Assembly (NCBI GenBank): GCA_030704615.1
Contig: CM060731.1
Span: 33,666,001-33,730,000, forward strand
Source: Takakia lepidozioides
Taxonomy: Eukaryota > Plantae > Bryophyta
Reading direction: 5' to 3'
Length of the DNA: 64,000 bases
Shown here: positions 1-13,103 of the stretch, one piece after another
Position numbering within the stretch: position 1 is the stretch's first letter
Layout of the letters: the number at the start of each line of letters is the position of its first letter
Translations under genes and position numbers: made by a program
Notes under the pieces: generated by a model
Databases searched by the model: none
Told to the model about the DNA's origin: nothing
The model's input: the letters and a program-made list of their open reading frames with translations, nothing else

Positions 1-387
1 TTGTCGGTTCGATCGTCTGTTGTCATCGAATTGGTGGCAATTCAGTGGATGTGGAGCTTCGGAAGGTGAGTCTCTTTGTCTTGTGCTTGTTGAGAGTGTT
101 GAGAGTTGAAGTTGTTGAGGTTTGGGCCTTTTGACGTGATGGGAGGGTTAGGTTGCGATATTTGTGCTAGTTGTGTTGTTCGTTGGTTGGGAGTAATGGT
201 TCATAGTCTGTGTGTGGGCTCACCAGGGCTTGAGATCCTCATCAGAGGTTTCAAAGCGGAACTAGGGTTTATGAGGGATGGGTCTCTTGCGAGTTTTCGA
301 AATTTTGGTTTATGGAACTATAGTTTCTTTCCCATGTGAGTGAGTAGACAACCTCGTATTGTGCGTTGGTTCTTCTGTAATTGTAGA

Positions 388-2193
388 TGCTACACTTAGA
401 CAATTGTTGAGGAGCTTGTTTGCCTTGTACAGTAGAAACATGTGCCCATTTGTAACAATTCTATATTTCCAACAGGCCCACCTCTAACTAACATCGTTGG
501 TAACATGCATATCAACAGAGAAGGGAGGAAGGATTTTCAAAATAATCCAAGCAGAGGACCCTTGCAAAGGATCCAGAACAGGCTGCATCGGATCGACTGG
601 ATTGGCACCGCTGCTTTCATTTCAGGTTCGTGTTCATGAAGCTGACTCATGTTTGTTTGATCCAACCCTTTCATAAACAAGTTGACGTCTAATGTGGTGT
701 AGGTGTGTTTCTGCATGTGATGCCACCATCACTTACGTTCAGGTATTTTTGTGTCAGCTCGGACACAAATTGGACTATAGCGGTATGACTTGACTCTGGC
801 CTCGCATCTTGGCAAACCTGCTCATCACCAATGTGATTTGTCTTGTTCTGGGTGTAGGGCTGTGAAGTAAGCCTTGCAAAACTTGATGCCTCTTTTGGTC
901 TGAGCTTCTTGGTCTGGAGATGGCTGGCAGGAAAGATGATGCTACCACTGCACGAGGTACATAATTTCGAGCTTTATTTTTACATATTAATTTTATGTTA
1001 TATTTTACTTTTAAGTTCTTATTTATATCTTGAGCTATAGTTCAACATATGTTTGTTTGTATTATTTTTGGTAGGGAAAGATCCTTTTGCATTTCTATTT
1101 CCAGGGAAAAGACAGAAGCTGTCTTTCAAAATGAAGGAGCCAAAACATGTAGAGTCCACACCAAAGAGACATATTGTCATGAAGCACGTGAGGGGAGGAA
1201 CAGGGACAGCAGCTCACAAGGTCTCTTCTACCCGACTAAGAAGAGTTCTTACTTCCATGTGTAGGGAAAACGTGACTATCAGACCTCTTGGCTCTCCTAT
1301 GATAGGCATGTCTGTCGAATCAGAGCACTCTCTTCTTGATGAACTCAACATGGAGAATAACGAAGTATCCAAGCTCTTGGAAGCCAATAAGAGTTTGATG
1401 GAGGAGATGAGGTTGAAGAACCGGGAGTATGAAGTAATGCGGAAGAATCTTGAATCTCAAGAATCAAGAATCGGAACATTCGAGCATAACACTCGTTTGT
1501 TTTAGGAGGATGGACACGAATTTGCAGTGAGAGCATTCCTTGATAAGGTTCTTAAGATCTTTTATCATGCTGCAAGGGTGAAGGGGTTCTCAGAGAACAA
1601 GGCCATGTGGTTGAGATCTATATCTGCAGACCATTCTGTCAAGGTCAGTTTATTTCTTGGGGGGTCACTCCTCGTATTTTCAAAACCACGTGAGAATAAG
1701 TACAGGGTGCAGTTTATTCTTTTGAGGTAATTTTTTTTTATAAAATTACTTAAAAAATAAGGTAGGGCAATATCCTTTCACCCAATTTTTTTTTAAAAAG
1801 GTCACAAACAATCTAGAGTTTTACTTAAAAAGTTAATGTAATAAAGGGTTTTATCTATAGTATAATGTATCAATCCCTCATATTTCATCCAGAGTACAAA
1901 AGATTTGAAGGAAAGTTGGCTCTAAATGAGGAATATCAAGGCAGTCTTTAGATTTGATGAATAAGCATGTTCTACCAAAATATGGGGGTCCTTCCATTAT
2001 GGTGTTTTTGAATTGGTTCTCTAAAGGTAGAGGTCACCTGAAGTTCAAATATGATTCCACTGATACAGAGTGGATTGATGTTGACACCATAATCGCAACA
2101 ATGACTATGACATTTGAACCATTTCAAAACTTGTACTCTTTAGATCCAAATGATGCTGCGGTTTTGAATGAGTTCGTGGCTAATGAATATTAA
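388..2193 (+). pseudogene. Degenerate intron-containing gene of unknown family, possibly a TE accessory gene
   Basis: GT/AG-bounded segments: a Cys/His-rich part (~700-870), a coiled-coil-like ORF (1053-1505) and a terminal ORF 1954-2193 (FKYDSTDTEWIDVDTII). In-frame stops interrupt it. Family not recognised. Confidence 0.35.
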
Positions 2194-3308
2194 AAAAAAA
2201 TTGGGTCCGGCATTTGACTTATGTGTGGAATGTTGTTTGTGTACATGCTTTGAAATTTACAATTATTAAAAAAAATGGTATAATTAATTGTTGCAAAAAA
2301 TAAAATTATAAAGAAAAATAGGGTATTAAGAAACAAAGGGTTTTACAATATTACCTAAAGATAGGGTGGAAAAAAATGCAAAATTTTAAAATATACCTTT
2401 GTACGCACGTGATATGGAAAAAATACATGGAGTGACCCCCTTGTGGTTTATTTCTTTTCAGGAATTTTGGAATGGGGGATTGTTTGTGGATCAATAGGTG
2501 TTGAACCTCTTGCGACTAGCGAAGACAACATCCTCAAATTAAGTGCAGCCACTTGTCACAGTTCAACACCAATAAATGTTGCAATTGGGCTTCAAGAGCT
2601 GGACCAGTTCAAGAATAGGGAGGAGTTTTCTTGGTTATTTCATCAAATTTTTCAGATTGGAGTTTCAGATATGACAACTCAATACAATTAGGGTAAACAA
2701 GCATAATTTTCAACTACTTTCACTGTTTGGAAATGAACAACCTTCAACTACCTCTGAATAGATTCTTTGAATATATAAATGTTTTTGCTTTTATCAACTC
2801 TGGATATCAGTGATGTATATATGGAAGGAGGTTCCTCTTGAGGTATTGGGCTGTTAGAACAATATTGATGTGGAGTATACTCTCAGTCTTTAGTGGCTTT
2901 TCAGGAGATTTTGTTATGCAGCATTTTGGGAGCTCATAACTGACTCAGTCAATGCCGTAGTGAAGCATCCTGTGATACAATTAGTGGATGTGAGTAGACC
3001 TTTGGGACACTGTGTAAATGTTAGTCATGACATATAACTTCTATGCATCCATTTTTGCAAGACATCCCATCTGTTCGGGTAGCTGTCCTTGTATAGTGAC
3101 ATGTGATGAGACACGACGAGTTTGCTGGTGTGGTACGAGAATTGAAGCTCGGTCTTTGGTGAATTTTTGAGTGATGGCTCTCGTTTGATTGTGTAGAGGT
3201 GAGAAAAATTTTAGCGAAATTTTTTCTTGAAGCTTCGTTGTAACAATTTAGGTTTAGCAAAGAAGAGCAAGTGTTTTAACTTTTAATCAGAGTTCGATTC
3301 TAAGTGGC

Positions 3309-3550
3309 ACTAGTATGCCCTGTGCCTTTGACTCAACCTGAATTTTTTTTGGCTACGTTTTCTATTTTCTGTAATTTTTTTGGAGAAAAATACTTTGAAA
3401 TTCAATAACTCAAGATTTACATGGTGTGAAACAATCAATGTGCACCTCCCCTTCCTAAAGATTTTCAAACAGTATAAAGAACACCTTGTTAGCTTTATGT
3501 TTTGGGAGATTTAAGATACCATCACAAACAAACTATCTCCCATAGCTTAG
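3309..3550 (-). mobile_element. Old non-autonomous Helitron-like relic
   Basis: Starts ACTAGtatgccCTGTGCC, resembling the CTAG/hairpin end at 5229. Ends in an ACAAACAAAC tract like the element at 5229-6690. The 5' TC end is not clear. Confidence 0.3.
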
Positions 3551-5228
3551 AGAGAGGGTGCCACTGAAGCCGCAAGAATTGTAAGGCCGACAACCTATTG
3601 GTCGGCAATTATTGCGTCTTTCTTTGCTCGAGAATAGAATTGGTAGTTCAAATGTCTTATTGAATGTACAGTCTTGATTTTCTTATGTTTTCGAAAGGGA
3701 CGTGTGATCGTCTGTATGATTGTTCGCCAACTTCTCACTAGCCTATTCGTAAGCATTTGTTGCTTCTATGCTAGTTATGTGATTCCTCTTGAGCTGCTTG
3801 CTCTTGACCAACTCTTAATGTTCTTTTTCCGCCTTCTATTCAACATGAAGTTGCATGGTTGATATACTTGCCTCTTCTCATTTTGGATGCATATATGCAC
3901 TTTTTTAGGAAGACTTTCGGCGGTTAAGTGTACTCTTCAATGTATATGAACAGGGTGATGTAGAGTGAAAATCATCGATTGTGCCTATTGATTCATCCCA
4001 TCAAGAAGGTCAGCAAAGATCATTGCAGCAGTGGTAGCAATGGTGACTCTGGTGGTATGTCCAGATTTGACGGTCGACAAGCCCGTGAAAGTGGAGATGC
4101 TCTGATGGAAGATACATTCTATCTTCAACATGTTGGTCATGTTATGGCGACGCTCTCAGATACTCATTTTTTATGGCGCTCTATTGAGGATGATAGTCAA
4201 AAGCTGGTAACCGTCGTATCCTTGCACTCTGTTTTCTTTGTATGTAAGAAGTGCGGCAGAGAATATTGATTCGATGGGAAATCTATCTAGAGTTTTAGAA
4301 ATTTCTAGGTTTCTAGGTATTGTCGTTGTTAATCAGAGCTTTTACTTTAAAGAATCAATGGTAACATCTTTTTCATTGTCATGTAATATTAAAGAAGGTC
4401 AAGAGTTATGGGCATTGGATTAATTTGTATGGTGTTGGTCATTAGGATGCAAATACGTCACTGTGCTGTAGAAATACACTTCAGGATGTTGAAGGCCACT
4501 TGCCGTTAGCAGAAATATTCGCCGTGAGATCACCAGGTTTAGGTCCTGTTAGTCAGGCCAAAGTGTCGGTGTGTGGAGATTCTCTACCACCAAAATAGGT
4601 ATATAATTTTGCACGGACGAGTATGTGGACTTCATTTTCAAGTGGCAAATTTTTGTTTTGCTAGCTATAATAGAGTCGATTTGTTTCCAGTTTGGAAATC
4701 GAAATGCAAGACAATGGTGCCTTTTTTTTGAGCAAATTAGTTCATGTCTTTAAAAGTGACTTTTCCTTGTGTTCCTTGTCCTCTACTGGGAAGGGTAGTT
4801 GCATAGAGTTGAGGTGTCCGGTTGCAAGTGGGTTCCAAAAGTGTATGTGTTGGGCCTCACAAATGAAGCTGTCGTGCAATGGTGGTTCCTAAGAACCTAA
4901 CTGATCTGAAATTTGCCTTATATTTGGATCCGGCTGGTAGAGGTTTGGATAAGAACTAAGAACCTTGGAGGTAGAGGATAGATGGGTGTCGCTCGAATCC
5001 TCAGATTGATGTCGAGATTACCCGCATGCAAAAGAAGGTTTTAGGACTGTACAAATACTATATCAGTCAAGAAAAACATCCATCCATATTCTTGGCTTCA
5101 TGCCACTCTTTTGCATTTCATCCTCCTCCTTCTTCCTCTTTAGTAAACTTTTCCATCCAAACCACTAATGTACTCAAAATAGTAAACTCTTTACGTTAAA
5201 AAAAAAAAAAACACGTGCATAATCATCA

Positions 5229-6690
5229 CTAGAGTAGCCTGTGCCGTTGGCCCAAGTGTTGAGTGTCATCTAAGCCCAAGTGTAAGATCTTCTATGTATC
5301 CCAGTGCGTCTCCTATGTCGAGGCCCAAGTGAGGCCCAAATGCGTCATGTACCTTTGGCTCATATGTGAAGAACCGAAATCTAAGACCAAGTGCAATTTC
5401 CTATGTATCCGAGTGCGTTTCCTATGTCGAGGCCCAAGTGCGACCTCTAATGTAGCCTATGCCGTTGGCCCATGTGTGAAGAATTGAAATCTAAGACCAA
5501 GTGTAATTTCCTATGTATCCAAGTGCGTCTCCTTTGTTGAGGCCCAATCTAAGCCCAAGTGCAATCTTCTATTCATGTATCCGAGTGCATCTCCCATGTA
5601 GAGGCCCAAGTGTCCAATGTCATCTAAGCCCACGTGCAATCTCCTATGTATCCAAGTACGTCTCCCATGTCAAGGCCCAATTTATTTTTTTCCATGAATT
5701 TATCGAGTAGTAATATATCCAATCATCTCCCCTCGAGGCTCCAAGCATTGTCCCAAGAAGGCCCACTATGCTATTTTTTACAAATTTCCAACGACTAAAA
5801 GTACTTGACGTTCGACATCTCCGACACCGCAGGTCCAAAAATCATGAGACCAAGCCGGTGCACCCCTCCTCATCGAGGGCTTTCCAACCGTACCAAACAC
5901 CAGCGCAGCTAGGGCCTTGTAGTTGGGACATCTCAACTCTACAAAACAAACAAAACAAAACTAACGTCTCGGTTCATATATTGACTAGGGTATCTAGCCT
6001 GTGCCGTTGGCCCAAGTGTCCAAGTGTAAGATCTTCTATATATCCGAGTGCATCTCCTATGTTGAGGCCCAAGTGTGACCTCTAGGGTAGCATGTGCCTT
6101 TGGCCATGTATGAAGAGTTGAAATCTAAGACCAAGTGCAATTTCCTATGTATACCAATGCGTTTCCTATGTCGAGGCCCAAGTGCGACCTCTAGTGTAGC
6201 CTATGCCGTTGGCCCATGTGTGAACCATGTGCAATTTCCTACGTATCCAAGTGCGCCTCCTATGGCCCATCCCAACTGCAATATTCTATTTATGTATCCA
6301 AGTGCATCTCCCATGTAGAGGCCCAAGTGTCCACTGCCATGTAACATGCAATCTCCAAGTACATCTCTCATGTCAAGGCCCAATTTATTTTTTCCATTAA
6401 TTTATCGAGTAATAATATATCCATTCCTTATTGATATATCTCCCAATCGAGGCTCCCACGAAAGCCCACTTTGCTATTTTTCACGAATTTCCAGCGACCA
6501 AAAGTACTTGAAATGACACATCTCCCACACCGTAGGTCCAAAAATCATGAGACCAAGCCCGTGCACCCCTCCTCATCGAGGGCTTTCCAAGGGGACCAAG
6601 CACTCTGGGAGGGGCCCCGCAGTTTGGGACATCTCAAATCTACAAAACAAACCAAACAAAACAAAACAAACGTCTCGCTTCATATATTGA
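5229..6690 (-). mobile_element. Non-autonomous Helitron, head-to-tail dimer (units 5229-5984 and 5985-6690)
   Basis: On the minus strand it reads A|TC...CTAG|T, with a degenerate GC-rich subterminal hairpin (GCCTGTGCCGTTGGCCCAAGT), no TSD, an internal CTAG|TC junction at 5984/5985 and internal GGCCCAAGTG subrepeats. Confidence 0.8.
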
Positions 6691-7019
6691 TTATCCAGGG
6701 TGGACTGTATATCTTTTATTTACTCGATGGGTATATTAGGGGTAGATCATTTATCCTTACTCAGTATTTATCCTTACCCGGTCAAAGTAATAGACCTTTA
6801 TCCTTTATCCGTAGGATAAATAAACGGACATATAAATAATATACCCTTACCCGGAGGATTAATAATCCTCTGATTTTTATTTACCTCTACCGGGAGGGTA
6901 AGCAAAAATCCATTTACCCGCACAACGCTGGCGGCCATCCTCAGCTGGCAGGCTCTAAGAAATCCTGGCCGGGTCTTCACGTTTGAATTGACAGGCATCG
7001 AGGGCGAAGGTTTGAAGCG

Positions 7020-10000
7020 ATGGAGGATATCGAGGATGTGATCAGGGAGCTGCATGGGTCTGCAGCAGGATTGCATTTGCCTGCCGTTCACACAAACTCT
7101 GTTACCATCAAACCCAGGCGACGAGCGGCTGGGTTTGGCAGGGCTGCCGCAGATGAAACAAATTTCAAGGTTTCCAAGTCTAATGTTGCTGGGGATGCCT
7201 CTGGGATCACAATGGGGGGCGAGAGTGCCGTCCCTGGGACGCAGGTGGGATGGTCATTTTGATTTGCTTTATGCTTCTGACCGGCTTCTGAACAAGGTGT
7301 CCAGTGTGTGCGTGTGCAGCAGTGCGCGTTAAGGTATTCGTTGCAAGGCATGGATTTGATGGTTTTGGGCTGCATTGGAAAGCAATTTTTTTATCCGCCA
7401 TTTCCCTCAGCGATCATTCTACACTCTTAACTGTACTTGCCAGACTGTTGGACGGCGGAGCCAATCAATCCCAGGCTTGAAGGCGTGTATTCGCAATGAC
7501 TGATGTACATTAAGACACTAATTCGGTATAATTTGAAATTTGAAATATCTCCCCAGCTTGATTGTGAAAGGGAGAGCGGGAACGTATAGATTGACCAGAG
7601 ACCAAGATATTGGGGAGAATTGCAAGCTAGCTGGAAGAGGGGTGGGGGGGGGCGAGGGGGAGAGAGGGAGAGATGAGATGAGATTTGGAATTTTGCAAAG
7701 AATTTTCGGGAGGTCCTTTCTCGTAATCAGGGGTACTGGATTGCAGACAATATTCGTGAAGACCTTCGGATGTGCTCATAATCAGGTGTACTTTCTAACC
7801 TTTTCCTCATACTTTTCTTGCTGATCTGTAGTCTAAGCAGTGACTAAATTTTCATTTTAAACCCTAAACCCACACTTTCTCATCCAGGAGCCTTTTTGTC
7901 TCCAATCGTGGGGAAGAGTGGAGAGAGAGAGATAGGTGATGATTGTCCTGAAGGGATACCAAACTTCTAGAAGGTTGTTGTGGGGTGTCCATCCATCTGG
8001 GAGTCATAAACTGCTACAGTAATTGTATGCATTTAAAAACAAACTGGCTACAGGATTTTGAGACTCAATTGAAGGACTGACATTGATACCATTGAATGAA
8101 AGCACACTTTTATCACCAGCACTACAAGTGTAACCCACTTCTTGATCTGACCTATATGGCTGTGGTTGTAGTGTCAGTCACAATGTTGAGAACTGAAATA
8201 GGGAGAGAACTGACAAATGATGTGTGTGGAGATGTGGAGCAGAGTGACAGTGAATATATGGCAGGGCAGCTGTCATCGTATGGCTATAGCCTCACAGACA
8301 TTCCTGATTTTGCAGACCTTTGGTTAATCAACACGTGAGCTCTTTTCCATACCTACTTCCATCTGCACTCTACTCTCTTTGGTATGTTTTGATGTTGTGC
8401 TACTGTGAAAGTGACATGACGTCCTCCAGACCACTTGACTGTATGCAGATGCACTGTAAAGAACCCAAGTCAGTCAGCCATGGAGACACTGATCCGGAGA
8501 GGCAAGGATGCAGGGAAACCTTTGGTGGTAGCAGGCTGTGTGCCGCAAGGCAGCAAAGACTTGAAGGATCTGGAAGGTGTGAGTGTGGTGGGCGTTCAAC
8601 AGATAGACCGAGTAGTCGAAGTAGTAGAGGAGACTCTTAAGGGCCATGAAGTCCGACTCTTACGGAGGAGTACCCTGCCTGCTCTTGATTTGCCAAAGGT
8701 CGGCACCCAGTACAAAGCTCCACATATGGGTTGCAAACCTTGCTGGATATGATTGGCTCTATTGCTCTGAGTCTCTGCTTGATTAAATCAGAACTGCTTG
8801 GACAGTCAAATGTCACTAAAAGCTATAGCAAAGTGTGCCCAATGCTCAGTGCAAATAATAGGAAATAAGACTGAAGACTTGGTAATAACCAATACTCATT
8901 ACCTTTAGAAGTGGATCTAATTTTTCATGGTGAGCGTTGCAGGTCAGAAAGAACAAGTACGTGGAGATAGTGCCAATTAATGTTGGGTGTCTGGGTGCAT
9001 GCACCTACTGCAAGACCAAGCATGCACGTGGTCATCTGGGGAGTTATCCTGTGTCTTCACTGGCAAGCCTCTCTCTTAAACATATAGAAGCCCGCTGATA
9101 TGTTGTTACCATTCTTTGTGTGTGGTTGACAGACCTGCAAGGGTCCATAGGCATTATTAAATGCAGGCCCTAGGCAATTGCTAGGTGTGCTAGGTATGAA
9201 TGTTTTGGTATAAAATTACCATTTTTACCTTTAGCACGAGTTATTTCATGGACACTCAAATCTAAGAAGTCGGGACTTTACTGTTTCACTATGAATGATA
9301 GGTGGACAGAGTGAGGGCCGTGGTTGCAGAGGGGGTGAAGGAAATCTGGCTCAGCAGTGAAGACACTGGTGCCTATGGTACCCCACCACTCCACTTGCGT
9401 ACTTGCTCACATGACATGATATGCGCTTGATCAAACTTGTGTCCATATTAAGTAGAGGTGTGTGTCTGTCCTTGGATGGTGAGCGTCCAAAAAATGTCTG
9501 GTGGCGGGGGGGGGGACAGCTATTGCAAACAGACAAGAAATGGACTTATCTGACTGTGAAGCTTGTGTAGTCTTGTGACGGTAGGCGTGCCCTGTTCAGA
9601 CCAAGCAGGGTGGCAGAGGTGCAAATGGGCAAAGAGAGGATCGCCTCAGGGGGAAGGGAAAGGGTGGGGGGTGGTAGAATGGACACGGCATGACGAACAT
9701 GGGGTGCAGGGCTTGACATAGGATCGGACTTGCCGACATTGCTCCACAACCTTGCAGCAGTACTGCCCCAAGACCAGAGCACTATGCTACGCATTGGCAT
9801 GACCAACCCACCGTACATTTTGCAACACCTTGAAAGCATTGCTGCTATATTACGACACCCTAGTGTTTATTCTTTTCTCCATGTACCTGTCCAGTCAGGT
9901 AGCGACAAAGTTTTACATGTAAACCTCCCTTTTCACTTTCCTCCTTTCTTCTGCCTGTGACATACTCTGTGCAACAGATTTGATATCTTAACAGACTCCC

Positions 10001-12239
10001 CAGGTGCAGTGCTTTGCTATTACATTCATTTCCTTGCAACCGCTGATCCTGTTTAGTATTGTCCTACACTTATGTGCTAAACTCCTACAATTGTGAAGAC
10101 CAATCTGAACTCGTAATCGTGCATGATATATTCCCTCCTGTTTGCGTGAGGATCTCAGTGTGAACTGTAGCCAATAGTACATCACTCCTGAGATTAATAT
10201 TATCCTTTACATGGCCATGGACAAGGTAAGTGACTTCTTAACAAAGGGAAGGACTTAAACTTCCATATTTGGCTTCTTGGTCAGCAAATTTCAACGAATT
10301 TCATTCTTTTTTATGGGGCAGGCAATGAAGCGAGAATATACAGTAGCCGAGTTCAAACAAGTGGCTGATACATTGATGCACCTCGTGCCAGACTTGCACC
10401 TTGCGACGGACATTATCTGTGGCTTTCCAGGTTGATGGCTGGGAGACCTGCCTGGGTTTCTTTTTAACTTTCAAATATGAGCTGTATCTATCCCTAAATC
10501 TCCTGTAATTGGCTACAAGGTCCATTCAGCAGAGAGTAGTGCTGACGTTGAACTCTTTTTGGAACCATGGGACCCTGGCCTCATGTTTCAGCTTTTTGTT
10601 CTCTCACAACTTTGGAACGGATGTCACAGGAGAAACGCCGGAGGATTTTGAGAGTACAATTGCTCTAGTGAAACAGTACAAGTTCCCACAGCTACATATA
10701 TCACAATTCTATCCTCGACCAGGTCTGTGTCTACCCCTTGTTTTTAAAACCCTTCTTGATTGGAGTACAGATACCATGATTTCCTTCTAGCAATTGAATT
10801 GGATGGATTGGATGTGGGAGGCTTGCAGGAACGCCAGCAGCACGGATGAAACGAGTTCCAACAGCAGAAGTAAAGAAACGTAGCCGGGAGCTGACCAGCC
10901 TGTTTGAGTCCTTTGCACCCTATGTAGACATGGAGGGCAGTGTTGAGAAGGTTTGGGTGACTGATATTGCGGCTGATGGCATTCATCTTGTACAGTCCCT
11001 GCCTGTCCCTGTAACCCTTCTTCTACGCTTGAATTCAGCTCGGGGTGGCATAGCATGCTGGTTTCAATATAGTGGTTCCTGTATGATGTTAATGCTAGCC
11101 CTATATCCACATTTTTATAACTGGAGTTCTATTGGCTTTGCTGACCAATATTGTACTTTAGGCTGAATTCAATATGCTGGTGGGTTAAAACTGGGTGACT
11201 GTCTTGGGTCTACCACAGGACATCTACATCCAAGGTTGCATCATAGCCAATCTTACAGGGAATGGTCAATGAGTACATCTGAGACGTGCCTGGCACCCTC
11301 GGTCCTATGCCTCAGTCTTTTTGTCCACCATCGTTTGTGCAAGTGCATGACATGTGATAGCTGCGCCAGCAGCATTCTGGCTATCCACATACACACATGT
11401 ATATTTCTTTGGTGACCGGTCTGCTTGTTCTCTAGCAAATTTATCTCAGCGGAAGAAATGCCCAGGCCAGCAAGGTCAGAGAGATTGTTCTGGAATTCTG
11501 AGTGAGTGGCTTTTTTCCTCAGGTTGGACACACAAAATCATATGTACAAGTCCTTCTCCCTGCCACAGAGGGCCTCCTAGGCAGCAGCATTGATGTCAAA
11601 GTGACTTCCGTAGGGAGGTGGTCAGTCATGGGGGACGTTCTCAAATTCTCCCCAAGAGAAACTCAAAGGTGTGATGGTGAGGGACTTGGAGATAATGGCA
11701 TGTCAAAGGCAGTGGAGGTCAGATGCTCCAGTGAAGGGCATGTTTGTTCTGGCTTTGCAAGTCCACAAGCAAAATGTGAGACCCGCCCAAAAGCAAAACA
11801 GGCTTCAAATGCCACTGATGTCGATGGGTTCCTTGATATTGAGAGAGACTTGTGTGTTTGTGATGGAGATGACGGTTACTCATCCAAAGCTTTGTTTGGG
11901 AGGTGTGAAGAGGACCAGGCCAGTGGCAACATCTCTTCAGAGACTACGGTACCCGACCAACTAGATCATAGGGATGACACAGGAGGAAGTGGTACTCTGA
12001 ACAGCATGCCAGAGCCAGAATCAGGCTCAAAGGTCAAACGGAAGGTTGATGTACTTGACATATATCAAATCGGGGATACCAACTCTCATGAGCCACTTGA
12101 AAGTACTTCTACAAGTAAGCAGCAAAGTGTAGGGGTTCATCTGGCAGGGGTAGATTGGTTACTTATTGCCGGAGTAGTGTTAGGCTTATGCGGTATTATT
12201 TCGGGGCTGTTGATGTCATTATTGTCGAAGGGAACTTGA
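7020..12239 (+). CDS. CDKAL1: Threonylcarbamoyladenosine tRNA methylthiotransferase (CDKAL1/e-MtaB, radical SAM), multi-exon
   Basis: MEDIED start; [18 protein letters not shown]; INTCTVK; VAGCVPQG; radical SAM motif [15 protein letters not shown]; SSEDTGAYG; RIGMTNPP; HVPVQSGS; [12 protein letters not shown]; [11 protein letters not shown]; TRAM-like GHTKSYVQV; C-terminal TM helix. Exons include 7020-7244, 7747-7785 and 8243-8334; the last ends at 12239. Confidence 0.95.
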
Positions 12240-13103
12240 GATTTTGTTCTTTGTGTCATTTGAGCAGGCATTTCATCAAACCCGACAGGGTCTGGGTGAG
12301 GCAAGAGTGGAATGAGTGCATCTGGTGATTGCCATGAGTAGTATGGTGGTGTCACCACAATAAATCATATGAATCCAATGGGTGGAATGAATCTGAGAAG
12401 GGGCTAGGGCCTTCACTCTATATCAGTAATGGGCCAGGAAAGTCCAACAATGAGTGACCTTATTTTACCGACCTGGTTGAAGAAAATGTTCAGAAGGTGG
12501 TGGGCATGGCAGGCCTGCTGCCCAGGCACTGGCTGATGGGGGTGACCCCATCTTCAGATTGGTGGCCATTGGATAAGCCTAACAAACAAAGGAGCAGTGC
12601 AGAGTTAGAGGTCTTGTAAGGGAAACCCCTGACTGAGCAGTTTCCTTTAGCAGTCACTTCAGTAGGATACATAGTTTTCCCAAAGCTCTGGTCCTTTTGT
12701 TTAGAGTTTTGGGACGCAGTTGCAAAGACAAAGACAATCTGAACTGCACCTGTCTCACTCGCCTATCAGCTCATTACCCTCCAATGCTGACTGGAGTTAC
12801 TGGATAGAACTAAAATCTCAAAGGAAAATGCAGTGTGTCCTGAATAACATAACGATGTGAAGACCAGGACCACACTATTGGAGCTGCCTTGGCAGAATAG
12901 CAGGAACAGAGCACCAGAGTACACATTCAAATGTGAACACCTGAAAGTCAAGCAACTGCCAGTCAACTAAAAGTGAAGCTATATAATTCAAGGTACAGGG
13001 CTAATGCAGCCATGTGAAAAGGGTGAAACTGGTAAGTACACTCTAAACAAGCTCCTGGCAGGTGACAGAACGCCCAAGGATGTCATTGCATGCAACTAAT
13101 AAT

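Noticed and set aside
2300-5100. hAT-like transposase relic
   Set aside because: Translations of the parts examined gave no convincing motif; left unannotated.
6696-6930. hAT-like MITE (CAGGGTGG..CAACGCTG with TTACCC repeats)
   Set aside because: The termini match poorly and no 8-bp TSD was found.
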